Assembly (NCBI GenBank): GCA_963663965.2
Contig: CAXXFK010000013.1
Location: 181,469-245,468 of the forward strand
Origin: Sedimentisphaerales bacterium
Lineage (GTDB): Bacteria > Planctomycetota > Phycisphaerae > Sedimentisphaerales > SM23-30
Direction of reading: 5' to 3'
DNA length: 64,000 nucleotides
Below are positions 11,901 through 20,173 of this stretch, in pieces. How positions within the stretch are numbered: the stretch's first letter is position 1; every line of letters begins with the position of its first letter. The notes beneath the pieces are model-generated. The model searched no databases and had not been told where the DNA came from. It saw only the letters and a list, made by a program, of their open reading frames with translations. Both the position numbers and the translations under genes were made by a program.

Positions 11901-13249
11901 GCCAGATGATTATCGGCAAATTGTCGGAAGCCGGATTATTGGATAAGGTGGGGGGGCTTTATATTCTGGAACATCGGGATTCGACCGCGGCATTGTTTAC
12001 TTGTCAGACGCTTTCGGATCGTAACGCGATTCGAACTGCTCTTACCAAAGAGTCTTCGTTTCAAGTCGCCGGTTATATTGATGGACTGATTGGTCCGACC
12101 GGCAGCGGGTGGCTTTCATCGCTGGATGCATTCAAAAAAGCGTTTGAAGCCAATCAGATTGCGTTACCGACTCAATCGACGTTATCGTCCAGCAATAAGC
12201 CGGGCGATCCGTCTCCCAAACATCCAGATGAGTTGTCCGGCTGGGTTTGGATATCGAATGGTAACCGTGCTGTTGGAGCGGAAGTGTCTTACGCCACTCG
12301 TCAATGTACGGTTTATGTTGGTGATAAAGGCAAGTTGTCTGCCGGTTTTGGCTCAGGAAGTCATAAGTGTATTATTGCGATAACCGGGGCCAATGGTGAG
12401 TACAATCTGGGCAAATGGCCGAATTCTGATTTTACGTTAATTGTTACGCATGAATCCGGCTGGGCTAAGCTGGATTCCAGCGAACTGACTGGGAATATTG
12501 ATATCGTTTTGAAACCCTGGGGCCGGATTGAAGGTGTGCTGGCGCCAGGACGAATGCCCACAGAAGGCAAAATTATCCTGAGTGAATTTCCGAATACCAC
12601 CTGGCTGGATCATAAAGTGGACTTTAATTATGAAACGGGGCGTAATTATAATACCGGCCGATTCACCTTCGATTATCTTCCTGCCGGTATGTATGAAATC
12701 GGCTATCTGACAGCGACTGGTGATTTTTCATCCAGTTTAACCTGTCGTACCCCTGTAGAGGTGATTGGCGGCCGAGTCAGTTCCATGACCCTGGGCGGTT
12801 CCGGACGTGCCGTTGTGGGGCGATTTGTGCCACCGGCCGGTTTTAACGGCACTCTCTACTTTGGCGAAGGAATTCGTACGTTGATCACGGCCAGTCCGCC
12901 GGAGCCTAAACCGCAAATCAGTCAGGAACTGTCTGTACAGGAACAGAATGATTTATATCAGCAATGGCGCCGGTCTCCGGAATTCGAACAATGGCGTCGA
13001 AGCTGGCAAAATGAGAAATGGCGTCAGTACGCCTTTAAAATCGAAAAAGATGGCGCCTTTCGGATCGACGATGTTATTCCCGGTTATTATAGTTTTTATG
13101 TCGAATTGAAGGAGCATCTGGCTAATGGACAAAATGCTAAGGTGCTCGGTGGATTTTACGGTAACATAACTGTACCAGCTGACGAAGATGAGTCCGAATC
13201 TCAACCGTTCGATACCGGTGATCTGGTTCTGGTTGGGACTAATGGCTAA
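2933..13249 (+). CDS. Giant M56 family (BlaR1/MecR1-like) metallopeptidase sensor with mosaic extracytoplasmic region
   Basis: 3438-aa uninterrupted ORF; N-terminal TM helices, 'SPAACGLWHPVILMP', HELAH zinc motif, 'REKAVDE'; later repeated beta domains, TPR-like and HEAT-like segments, and carboxypeptidase-regulatory-like domains (GRVTDAEGNPIAGARV). Confidence 0.9.
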   Translation: MTYWIDILNRAGEYFCEYSLGILIQSSLLIVVLLVIDWLIRKRVRAVVRYCLWMLVLVKLVLPPTLCMPTGIGYWWAPDLITRQTTNKSIEEKLEAMETGETSPDTVTILPERTYFEKPTVIWPDAPVVDRGGEVSPPDPAGNVDMQEAVLAAPTTMDGDAFQGVQPVVQTVGISLDWPAVFMLLWVVGVVILGVLLVQRFLFVRSLIAQSRPAYGNELNDLIICCRQMGIRRPVELRLTANMLSPAACGLWHPVILMPDALLKDLTQDKLRSVLIHELAHIRRGDLWINFAQTLLQIVFFYNPLLWLANGIIRGIREKAVDEMVLTKLGDQAESYSRTLIDIAEIAFSRPHFSLRLVGVVESKSALKDRIRHIVSRPFPRSARIGLIGLMSVCALAVLLIPMAKGEKEFGFWSRGDYRVSLKNGTTVELVGVCKYPGESEQWWGPDGALLGMDIDIQLFSKWTFEEPDYGLVFRKTGDAEFNIFNIKGSSQTMRMLGIQPEELIGYRIPIDGRLNKTNVIIASPTGQWQTAYASSAIEGSSSGKLHGKNIIFAGVVKENDGLIFSCTDEVGYRNATRVIAIDHNGFEHVGIELTNTGIEGIRQRTVRFASLAGGEVDRIAFQTSPYEYHTFKNVALRPKPEESRKALPVPKDGLYENAKGSRNHKIKIGPTRFEVHTVARYDQKGNALIKNPDGTEKQEIDLSTPDYSEKVKWMDIARIYLAPVTARYDVIELRIFDHLTRELLSSETYPGLGYAIKDSVVTVWSMEKKLPESLDIWIRLLHNPDGQERFSLEPAIGSSVRIDGNTVRILDYAPGRYNWANGKRTQHHSEWDSSVTTIALDFDRSGNKNYQICAVGQDGKRVVPDFPHFIRPSNGMQIIEFGIRSDQIDHFEIRPFNGRDRFYFDDVRLPERIGKLAPMADCPPIATFRLVDKKASYLCHEDLYEAVLTVLPGIKVASIQSSALGFGTAYTTKPSEQGHNSVALQLTGAGIKSVSLVARDKAGNKIDLEPNYGHGSAVGSAFCCHYIETGIPVDDIQMIEVYAGEDASPRPVRQIDKLQNTAELQAKVDDSQSSQMEGDRDSHQIISNLFDTKIPDTVTNFKTTGSNPFSDVRIRFDIPVDDLKKVMLQSARFPALDAFQQDDQLADHLKNEPLVKDYPWWIPDELVDKVYSCWQFYQGDYASSMYSNITCGVGKLSDSMARVYIHSFSDMSVKQNPVKNQGVELGGLLCLLHADRSACLEGQAPVIKVTLRNTGKPETPIRPLMVTPSAEGFMLKIQKDDDVDIRVRPKKAPLPEMQLLPDSRVPEIEIPLDKNWYPRQKDIEGEQDLELTPGSYTVQVIAQAHGTLDSHKLVNYQVTSNPVEIDIIPADTIASMAFQHPFLSVTQQDVTAQLLGIRNWRTGEFWAVDGTMTAAPYGYVADWNPAEDPDCEAYDWYEFVVRLERPAYEDLGVIRWDFDHMLHSSSANSKPLLYKQDIHIGTVKLPYGTSETTLNLGLAVRPWQTVASGNHLGFYSAGDDTININYGTQFGLKRVPPGSNGHAILVTYTITDRQFRAIAIGKDGTMHESAFHGSGGTDSMRQTLAYFEELKARDVREYRFQIKPFDRFVFENIPLRPSRVTDKSQKGLAVLCYYAGTNPGHVGSYFLDLATGEQFNATGIYGNLSNARDFEKGDLIYNQGKIACVREAKIEKWENGTLTPAAIWPESLIRNDLKGSVAYYELEQVPAEYVVTTREGRRFHIQVLAADRRIACLEFWPDDTTVRTRDWSESVAKMIDVAGRWLKINRFDDAKLLADRLVELAPENPDTILLKGMCSVNDREELTKLYQLALTRYQASNNRIGEYLAQRLLGNSEQADQLIRHSQQNLASAGFAGLSSEQLEFYIINQSEPNEEVAADSGQNLVVELPDGGTLTLAGVARVSKNSKTWYSPDGRGRVSEKDTRPNYIPQPDGNSYEYRIRLDTPFNKQHKTSQIRWLYEPDPTSIYCLAHNWAEGVDQCDVRLQYPTEIKTANISLQLSNGPWATVGVNPPEPGKEFQEQFGIFSVIVFNTIDESDGGISIELRHPFQRLGHRLVAFDKSGQLRMPGTYRENQPGQVSVRFDGLTLDRVEKFEFQTQALTTVNFAEVALQDGVMTNPKVTLRQTANDPMAGENEISGVVYGPITDDTMDAYFKRLEAAESQDELDQLHASEPPRADRPAVSTLVRLQGQTLTRQTITRQMATNDKGEYHFSDLPMGWYQVSAEQTISGNLTGGNRKAVAQGNAQFNRTTLNRRVLPLHLRDDFVTVRGRVTDAEGNPIAGARVAGQTAPVENNGIGETDEQTRAFAPQNVSAVTNADGIYELSGLEPANVIAALRYLVNGGPGFELGHKFFLDMTVMAGEKNASTRATRRVPLVSQVTLYWARRYLEVANRTSEKPVVEKPDLPYPLPVSHGYRIINIDFILPEPGSSLPKSGESRTVMLPSSIKQALDLTSGRFVEVPMEALSSQEACLAYLKERTSGGVLFDHDGDISQLGFVNMTKISRNTEKQVGIDTMKFASNNTPQDLVVATSQDLRFQLTIIKATDEGCQLEYQLLADEAADPAKVWPEAVPDKSDGPADFEAYFPESEDGAQALETLWNDREKDLRDADEILETVRKGLRGYHGQGNIIGWVGNLFIWGKTPQNEKAIELMLHASDSPDRNLYGDAIYFGLSVTKNKTPAILQAMVAVAMKTEDYSVTGRILWGCDGQKDKLMTCLEPYQNSPDPAVRDKAQDVRDYFNDSKAFMAKREQQRIEILKKDYGDKLDDFKQTLLEGDSLSRKDLLQTFNSKGLMTIIDTSFLDGFQACLTDEDPSVRSQTARLIGGHFVWSAETQNQRVIDMMTELLADPVRQVRTEAVYFGLSTVRNPDKDLVSKLLATILDDREVNYYGRVIWGVKRNKQACIEVLQGWMDRDRYDTAQQAVKAYEIYEDVTEQPLPEQYAQQFTARKSNAHEGLVAMCYSPQKIDMDKETLSQMIIGKLSEAGLLDKVGGLYILEHRDSTAALFTCQTLSDRNAIRTALTKESSFQVAGYIDGLIGPTGSGWLSSLDAFKKAFEANQIALPTQSTLSSSNKPGDPSPKHPDELSGWVWISNGNRAVGAEVSYATRQCTVYVGDKGKLSAGFGSGSHKCIIAITGANGEYNLGKWPNSDFTLIVTHESGWAKLDSSELTGNIDIVLKPWGRIEGVLAPGRMPTEGKIILSEFPNTTWLDHKVDFNYETGRNYNTGRFTFDYLPAGMYEIGYLTATGDFSSSLTCRTPVEVIGGRVSSMTLGGSGRAVVGRFVPPAGFNGTLYFGEGIRTLITASPPEPKPQISQELSVQEQNDLYQQWRRSPEFEQWRRSWQNEKWRQYAFKIEKDGAFRIDDVIPGYYSFYVELKEHLANGQNAKVLGGFYGNITVPADEDESESQPFDTGDLVLVGTNG

Positions 13250-13366
13250 CTGCTTAGTTGCCAGTTTGATGAGTCAAACATCCCTGGCATACTTCTAGCC
13301 TTACTGGGAGATACAATGTTGGCTCTGCCAAAACCTTGGCTGGAGTAGATGCCCAATGGCCTGACA

Positions 13367-14835
13367 TTAATCGGCGTTGAAGGGTTCTTCGTGTACTTCC
13401 AGCCCGAAGACATCGTAATGGCGAAAAGCGATGGTGGGCTTGTTGTTTTTGCGGGTGATGTGGATGCCCAGGAAACCGCCTTTGACTCGTAAAAAACGAT
13501 GTTGTGGCCGTTTATCCTCTGGATTCCAGCCTTCGGCATGACGATCGGAACCGGGGCCGGTGCTGAATTCCCATAAATGGGTATCGTCGAGATGGGTGAC
13601 ATATTGCCAGTGACGGTCGCCATTGACAATAAACATTTTGTGTTTATCGATAAAAGCGCGTATTTCATCGCCTTCGTATTTGAAATTTTTATTGGAATAA
13701 TTATCGTGTTTGTTATCGCGGTCAGGGCCAAGAATGGGGGTGGGAGTGATCAGGATTTTGAAGGTGGCGTCGGATTCTTGCACAGTTTTGAAAAACCAGG
13801 CTTTCTGTTCCGGTCCCCAGATGGTTTTTTCGGGGCCATCCGGCAAGGTATTGGGACTGCGATAGTTGCGTCCTTCAACGACCCAGAATTGCAGGTCTTT
13901 ACCCCAGCGGACGGTTTGATAGGTTTTGTCCGCGGATGGGAACTGTTCCCGGTCGAAAATTTCACAGCCGCGTTCAAACGTAACCGAACCATACGTCTGG
14001 CCGGGCCAGCAGTCATCTTTGAGGGTGTCGTGGTCATCTTTCATGAAATAACAGGTATGATTGGTGTAAAAATCACGCTGGAAGGGCAGGGCAAACAGCC
14101 GGTTCCAGGTGAAACGCATCAGGGATTCGGTCCAGGCGTAGGGATAAGGTTTGTCGTAATATTCCACATCGCCGGTATGGACGAAAAAATCCGGTTTTAA
14201 GGCGGCTATGGAAGGGTAAATAAAGTGTCCGTGGGAATCCGCATCCCGGCGTGGGTAATCGTGACAGGTTACGATGACTGCATTTACATCGCAGGGGGTA
14301 TCCGGATTGGGGGCCGTTTTGGAATCGCCCCGTGCATTGGCTGGTAATCGTCGAACTGCCAATTTTGCGGGCTTCCAGAAGTACCTGGTAGCTGGTACCG
14401 GGCTTGCAGGTTTGTGAGGGTCCACTGGGTGGTAAAATCTTTATCATTGTCGACCGCCTGCCAGGGGTATTGGGGCGCGTCTTTGGATTTTCCATCCAGC
14501 CAGTAACTCAGGCGAACTTCGCCGGGCATACCGGGGCAGGCGCCTTCCATGTCTTCAAGTGTCGCGCCTTCAGGCAGTTGCACGGCCAGTTGCCGGGCGG
14601 TATCGTTTGATTTGTTGAGTTGTTTAATTTCCTGTGACGATGGTAGTAAAAATGGTTTGCCATCGACATTCATCTCTGGATGTTTTGTCAGCCTGGTCCA
14701 GATTACGATGCTATGCTGATTTGCCCATCCGTTGTGGATGCCATTGCCAAAACAGGGGCCTTCTTCGGCATGGAGGTTATTAGTAATGAAAATGATACTC
14801 CAAAGTGCTAATATCCGTGTGATTTTGTTTTTCAT
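13367..14835 (-). pseudogene. Alkaline phosphatase D (PhoD) family protein, frameshifted in this sequence
   Basis: Signal peptide and IVIWTRL in 14284-14835; 'FFVHTGDVEYYD', 'KDDHD', 'GRNYRSPN', 'NGDRHWQY' in 13367-14425; pieces joined by single-base shifts near 14405 and 14320. Confidence 0.8.
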
Positions 14836-15004
14836 TGCAATGGCTCAACTTCTCTATGTTTAATAATCTTATGGTTTAACCGCATTAAACAATCGGTTCA
14901 TTCCGTTCTATTTGGTAACGTTTCTGAGTTGTTTGATATTACCAACTCTATGCCCTGGTAAATCGAAAGTATTTTAACTCATGCTCTAATTAAGGAGAAA
15001 TGAA

Positions 15005-16468
15005 GTGGATCGACGCTATTTTCTGAAATTATCCGCCTGTTCGTTACTTCGGCGGCCATTCCGGCTGTGAGCCGGGCCCAATCGCCCAAAAAGCTCAATA
15101 TGCTGTTTATTCTGGTGGATGACCTGGGATGGACCGACCTGGGGTGTTTTGGCAGTTCGTTCTATGAAACGCCGAATCTGGATAAGTTCTGTACCGAGAG
15201 TATGAAATTTACCAACGCGTATGCCGCCTGTCCGGTTTGTTCGCCGACCCGGGCGAGTATTATGACGGGTAAGTATCCGGCGCGAACGGCTAATACGGAC
15301 TGGTTTGGCGCGCCGCAAGCCGGAGGACGGCCAAGAACCACTGGACGCGCAATAAGCCGCTGCTGCCGGCTTCTTATTCGGAGAATATGGCGCTGGAAGA
15401 GGTGGACGCTGGCGGAGGGCTTTTAAAGCGGGTGGGTACTCGGACCTTTTTTGCCGGGAAATGGCATTTGGGTGAGACGGAAGCCTACTGGCCGGAACAT
15501 CAGGGGTTTGATATCAACAAGGGAGGGCATTTTAAAGGATCGCCGCCGGGCGGTTTATTTTGCGCCGTGGGATAATCCGCGGCTGGAAAACGGGCCGGAT
15601 GGAGAGCATCTGCCGGATCGGCTGGCCCGTGAGACGATTCAGTTTTATTCGTGAAAACCGGGATAAGCCGTTTCTGGCTTACCTGTCGTTTTATTCGGTG
15701 CATACACCGCTGCAGAGCCGGGAGGATCTGAAACAGAAGTATCTGGATAAGAAGAAACGGCTGGGGCTGAAGGCCGGAATGGAAACCGGAAGGGGATCGG
15801 CAGGCGCGGCAGGTGCAGGAGCATGCTGTGTACGCGGGGATGGTGGAGGCGATGGATCTGGCAGTGGGGAAGGTGCTGGATTACGATTACGGAGTTGGGG
15901 CTGGATGGTCAGACGGCAGTGTTTTTCATGTCTGACAATGGCGGGCTGTCGACTTCGGAAGGATCGCCCACTTCCAATTTGCCGTTGCGGGCGGGGAAGG
16001 GATGGCTGTATGAAGGCGGGATTCGTGAGCCGATGATGATCCGGTGGCCGGGAGTGACGAAGCCGGGCAGTGTGTGTGAGGAGCCGGTGATCAGTACCGA
16101 TTTTTATCCTACGATGCTGGAGATGGCGGGATTACCCGGGCGGCCTGATCAGCATGTGGATGGTAAGAGTCTGGCTCCGTTACTACACGGCCGGCGGATG
16201 ACGCGGGGGGCCGATCTACTGGCATTATCCCCATTACGGCAACCAGGGTGGCGCGCCGGGTGCGGCGATACGTGAAGGTGACTGGAAGCTGATCGAATGG
16301 TTTGAGGATAATCGGCTGGAACTATATAATTTGAAAGATGATATTGGCGAACAGTATAACCTGGTATCGGCCAAGCCGCAGCTTGCCGGGAAGCTGCATC
16401 GGCAGCTTAAGGCCTGGCAAAAACAGGTTAACGCACGTTTCCCAACTAAGAATCCTGATGCCCAATGA
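15005..16468 (+). pseudogene. Tat-exported sulfatase, multiply frameshifted
   Basis: GTG GAT CGA CGC TAT TTT CTG AAA (MDRRYFLK) after [50 protein letters not shown] motifs spread over at least six frame segments; stop TGA 16466-16468. Confidence 0.85.
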
Positions 16469-16575
16469 CCTTTAGGGACCGGGCGAGCTTGATTTAAGCG
16501 TACCTTTTCTGTGCGGATGGAACTCTTTGGTTCAACCGTAAAGGGATTGTCTGGATTTTGATGGTTGGCGTTAGT

Positions 16576-17415
16576 TTATTTCTTAACCTCCTGGATGGGG
16601 ATATCGGCCGGGGGTTTGGTGGGGATGCCGAGGGCGTGGAGGGCTTCTTCGCCGTTCTGCTGGGAGAAGGTGTTGAGGGCTTCGTAGCGATTGCAGGCGT
16701 AACTGAAGACCTGGTCGTCAGTTACGCTGTGGTCTTTCATCAATTCGGGGAGTCGGTCTTTGATGTATTCGGGGGCGAGTTTGGCTTCGCTGGGGTGTGT
16801 GGGGATTCTGGGGGGATCGGGGATGTGGACGCGGGGTAAATCGGGAAATGGGTACTCTGGCGGGTAGGCATTGGGTTCGTTTGGTTTTTGTTGTAATTGC
16901 AATTGTTGCAGGAGCTTAAGATTGGCCTGGAAGGTACGATTGAGGTGGGCTTCGTAGCGGGCCAGGCAGTTGAAGGCGGGGGTTTCGAGGGTGAAGGCGG
17001 TACCGACCTCGTTGTGACGTGGGAGATAGATACTCGAATGGGCGAAGGGCTGGTCGATGACGGTGTCTTTACGGATTTCTTCGTTGGTGAGGCGGAGTTG
17101 GTAGACGCGGGCGTCGATCATTTCGGCTTCGATACGGCCGAGTCGTTCGAGACGCCAGGCGGCCGAGACGATCTGGTCGGCGATGTGGCGCTGGAGGTAA
17201 GTTGTTGGTTTGAGATCTTGCAGCAGTGCGGCGCGGAACTCGAGGTAGGTGAGTTCGGATTCGCCGGGGACGATGAGGTGGGCGGGATCCTGGCCGCTGA
17301 GGCCGTGTTTGATGGCATTTTTGGATGAGATGGCCTTGCCTTCGGGGGTTTTGGGGCCGGTGGATTTCTGGGCGTTACGACGGTTGGCTCTGAGTCTTCT
17401 TAGGGAAGATGACAT
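16576..17415 (-). CDS. Hypothetical protein of the uncharacterised 'ANRRNAQKSTGPxTxEGK...NAxKHGL' family
   Basis: 279 aa; strong AGGAGG RBS; N-terminal basic motif and 'AAWRLERLGRIE' / 'LARYEAHLNR' motifs that I recognise from widespread hypothetical proteins; function unknown. Confidence 0.75.
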   Translation of the reverse strand: MSSSLRRLRANRRNAQKSTGPKTPEGKAISSKNAIKHGLSGQDPAHLIVPGESELTYLEFRAALLQDLKPTTYLQRHIADQIVSAAWRLERLGRIEAEMIDARVYQLRLTNEEIRKDTVIDQPFAHSSIYLPRHNEVGTAFTLETPAFNCLARYEAHLNRTFQANLKLLQQLQLQQKPNEPNAYPPEYPFPDLPRVHIPDPPRIPTHPSEAKLAPEYIKDRLPELMKDHSVTDDQVFSYACNRYEALNTFSQQNGEEALHALGIPTKPPADIPIQEVKK

Positions 17416-17470
17416 GGTAGTACCTCCTGTTTAGAAATTTAAAGTTTAGAATTTAAAATGCAAAATTGTG

Positions 17471-18120
17471 GTATCCGCCACAAGGCGGATGTTTTTTTTA
17501 TTTTTCGTTAAGCTCGTTTCGTTGTTGGGGTTAGGGTGATATTTTTTGTCATTGGCTTTGTTTCGTTTTATGTTGGTATTCGCTGTGCTCATGGTTAGTT
17601 TTATCTATCTCTTTTGCGAGATATCCTGGCGGTACGCCTCTGCGAGGCGTGGATTAATCAAAGTAGCAAGCAGGAAGTAGCAAAGTTTTCCCGCCAATGA
17701 ATTGGCGGGCTATGCGCTTTTGATCTCTTCGAGATATTATTTGTATCCGCCTTGAGGCGGATGAGTTTTTATTTTTTGTTAAGCTCATTTCGTTGGTGAG
17801 GTTAGGGTTATTATTTTCATCATTGGGTTTCCCGATAGATCGGGATTTCGCTGCGCTCAACGTTTTGTATTGGTATTCGCTGTGCTCATGGTTAGTTTTA
17901 TTTTTCGCCTCCGGTGCGAAATCCTGTCGGTACGCCTCTGCGAGGCGTGGGTTAAAAATTTCAATTTCATGTTCGTGACCCAGGGTGGCGCTCGTCCTGA
18001 TGGATCGGGACTCGCTCTGGGCTATTTTATACTTGCCCGTTGGGCTGCTTTGGGTATCCGTCCTCCTGAGGCGGACCTGCGGCCTTGAGGCGGATGATGT
18101 TTTTATTTTTCGTTAAGCTC
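17471..18120. repeat. Degenerate tandem array of ~185-210-bp hairpin-containing units (2 full + 1 partial)
   Basis: Units start at 17471, 17743 and 18054 with GTATCCG...GGCGGATG..TTTTTATTTTT(C/T)GTTAAGCTC; units 1 and 2 also share TTGGTATTCGCTGTGCTCATGGTTAGTTTTAT and CGGTACGCCTCTGCGAGGCGTGG. Confidence 0.9.
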
Positions 18121-18287
18121 TATTCAAATTGGAAATCACAAGGCAAAGAATCCACCCACCAAGCTGCGCTTTGTTACGCTTGAAGGCGCCACGGTCTATG
18201 CGCAGAGGGTCTCCGCGGGCGTGGCCGGTTGGGGCGGGGCACGCCGGGGGTTGGCGGGTGGTTTGGGGCTATTAAGGCGACTTTGGT

Positions 18288-18316
18288 ATTATAGACTGAG
18301 TTGCAGTCTGAGTCAA
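18288..18316 (-). promoter_or_regulatory. Near-consensus sigma70 promoter pointing into the repeat array and the 16576-17415 gene
   Basis: Minus strand TTGACT(18316-18311)-17 nt-TATAAT(18293-18288), AT-rich upstream; inverted repeat AGACTG-N5-CAGTCT (18293-18309) spans the spacer. Confidence 0.7.
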
Positions 18317-18556
18317 ATTAAATATATTATTATTATATTATCTAACATATTAATTGTTAATTTGTGTATTTGTTTTTGGTTTATCTTAGATGGAAAATTC
18401 GACGGACTTGATCTTAAGAGTTTGTTTTTAAAGATTTATGTTGATTTCAGGAGTTGTCAATAAAATAATATACTCTGTGATTTATAAAGACCACAATGGC
18501 TGATTGCGTGCTATCTCAAATCATTTCCAGACAAATTATTATGTAGAAAGTCCTGT

Positions 18557-19971
18557 ATGAATAAAACAGCCTACCAACTCATCGTTTTTTTGATTATTGG
18601 ACCTGGGTGTCTGGCCAATGGCGCTTTGGCAAAAATTGAGCCGGCAAAACCCAACATTGTCATTATTGTCGCGGATGACCTGGGGTGGGGAGATGTCGGT
18701 TTTCATGGAAGCCAGATAAAAACCCCCAACATTGACACACTGGCAGAAACTGGAATCGTTCTGGATCGATTTTATGTCGCCCCGGTTTGCACACCCACCC
18801 GGGCCGGATTATTAACCGGTAAATACCCCAATCGCTTCGGAGTAAGAGAGGTGGTCATTCCACCTTGGCGCGATTTTGGAATCGCGCCGGAAGAGGTGTT
18901 TCTGCCTGAGGAACTGGCCAGGGCGGGTTATAAGAACCGGGCCATTATCGGCAAATGGCATCTGGGACATTCGAGCAGGAAATACTATCCACTGAACCAG
19001 GGATTTACCCATTTTTATGGTCATCTCAACGGCGCGATCGACTATTTCACGCATGAACGGGAAGGCGAATTGGACTGGCACAACGACTGGGAGAGTTCGT
19101 ACGACAGGGCTACTCAACCGATCTGCTCGCGGGTCACGCGGTCCAATGCATTAACGAATATTCCAAAGAGGGGCCGTTTTTCCTGTATGTTGCCTTTAAC
19201 GCGCCGCACAGCCCATTCCAAGCCAAGGATGAAGACCTTGAACTTTATGGTTTTGACAAAAGCAAACCGCGCTTTGGCAGAGGCGATACACGAGGGCATG
19301 GCAATACCATTCAACAAACCTATTCGGCCATGGTGACGGCCATGGATCGTGGGGTAGGCGAAATTCGCGAGGCATTAAAAACAAAAGGATTGGATGAAAA
19401 CACCCTCCTGTTGTTTTTCAGCGATAATGGCGCCGACACGGAGGGTGGCGGGGGATCGTGCGCGCCATTGAGGGGGCAGAAGTTTTATGAGTTCGAAGGG
19501 GGTGTGCGCGTGCCGGCATTAATGTCCTGGCCGGCACGATTGAAAGGGAGCCGGAAAATCGATCAGGTTACCGGTTTTTGTGGATGTCATGCCGACGATT
19601 CTGGAGATGGTCGGCATGAAATCGGAGGTGGCATTCGATGGAATCAGTATGGCTGCCGTATTGACCGGCGAGCAGGAAAAAATCGACCGGGAGTTGTATC
19701 TTGGACTGGGGGCTGCGGTAACCAATGACTGGAAATTTATTGAAAAGGGTCATAACAATCGAATCAAGATCCGATGTTGACTTGTTGTTCGAAATCAGTC
19801 AAGATCCATCTGAGCATTGGAACCTGATTACCCAAAACCAGGCAGAAGCAATGGCGCTGAAAGAATTTGTCAGCCAATACGATGCCATTGTGGCCCCCGG
19901 CAGTATTGCCGCCTTTTAATGAGGGGAAAGATGGTTTTAAGGCGCCGAAAGAATGGAAAGTTGAGAATTAG
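18557..19971 (+). pseudogene. Arylsulfatase (ArsB-like), frameshifted
   Basis: Signal peptide, PNIVIIVADDLGWGD, CTPTRAG, GKWHLG, FSDNG, FEGGVRVP; about four frame changes (~19105, ~19578, ~19770, ~19915); final TAG 19969-19971. Confidence 0.85.
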
Positions 19972-19981
19972 ATAATCTCAG

Positions 19982-20173
19982 GGCGGTCAAGCCGCAACCA
20001 AAGAAGAAATAGTTCACACAAAGCCACTAAGCCACGAAGATAAACAGCCATTTAGACAGGATAATCCCGATCCCGATGGCTCGGGATTTCGCCTTGCTCA
20101 ATATCCGGGACTTTCAGCTGATCGACAGGATAAAAAGCTTGTTAAGAAAACAAAGAAATAATGGATTGTAGTA
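19982..20173 (+). repeat. Dispersed non-coding repeat element, copy 1
   Basis: Core 20043-20121 matches 36598-36676 at 77/79 nt; flanks CGGTCAAGC..CA...AAAGAAG and TAAGAAAACAAAGA.AT.ATGGATTGT.GTA also shared. Confidence 0.9.

Noticed and set aside
13246..13731. 161-aa minus-strand ORF
   Set aside because: An alternative frame overlapping the PhoD C-terminus; no independent support.
17471..18120. Possible CRISPR array
   Set aside because: Units are ~190 bp and degenerate, far outside CRISPR repeat size; kept as an unexplained repeat array instead.
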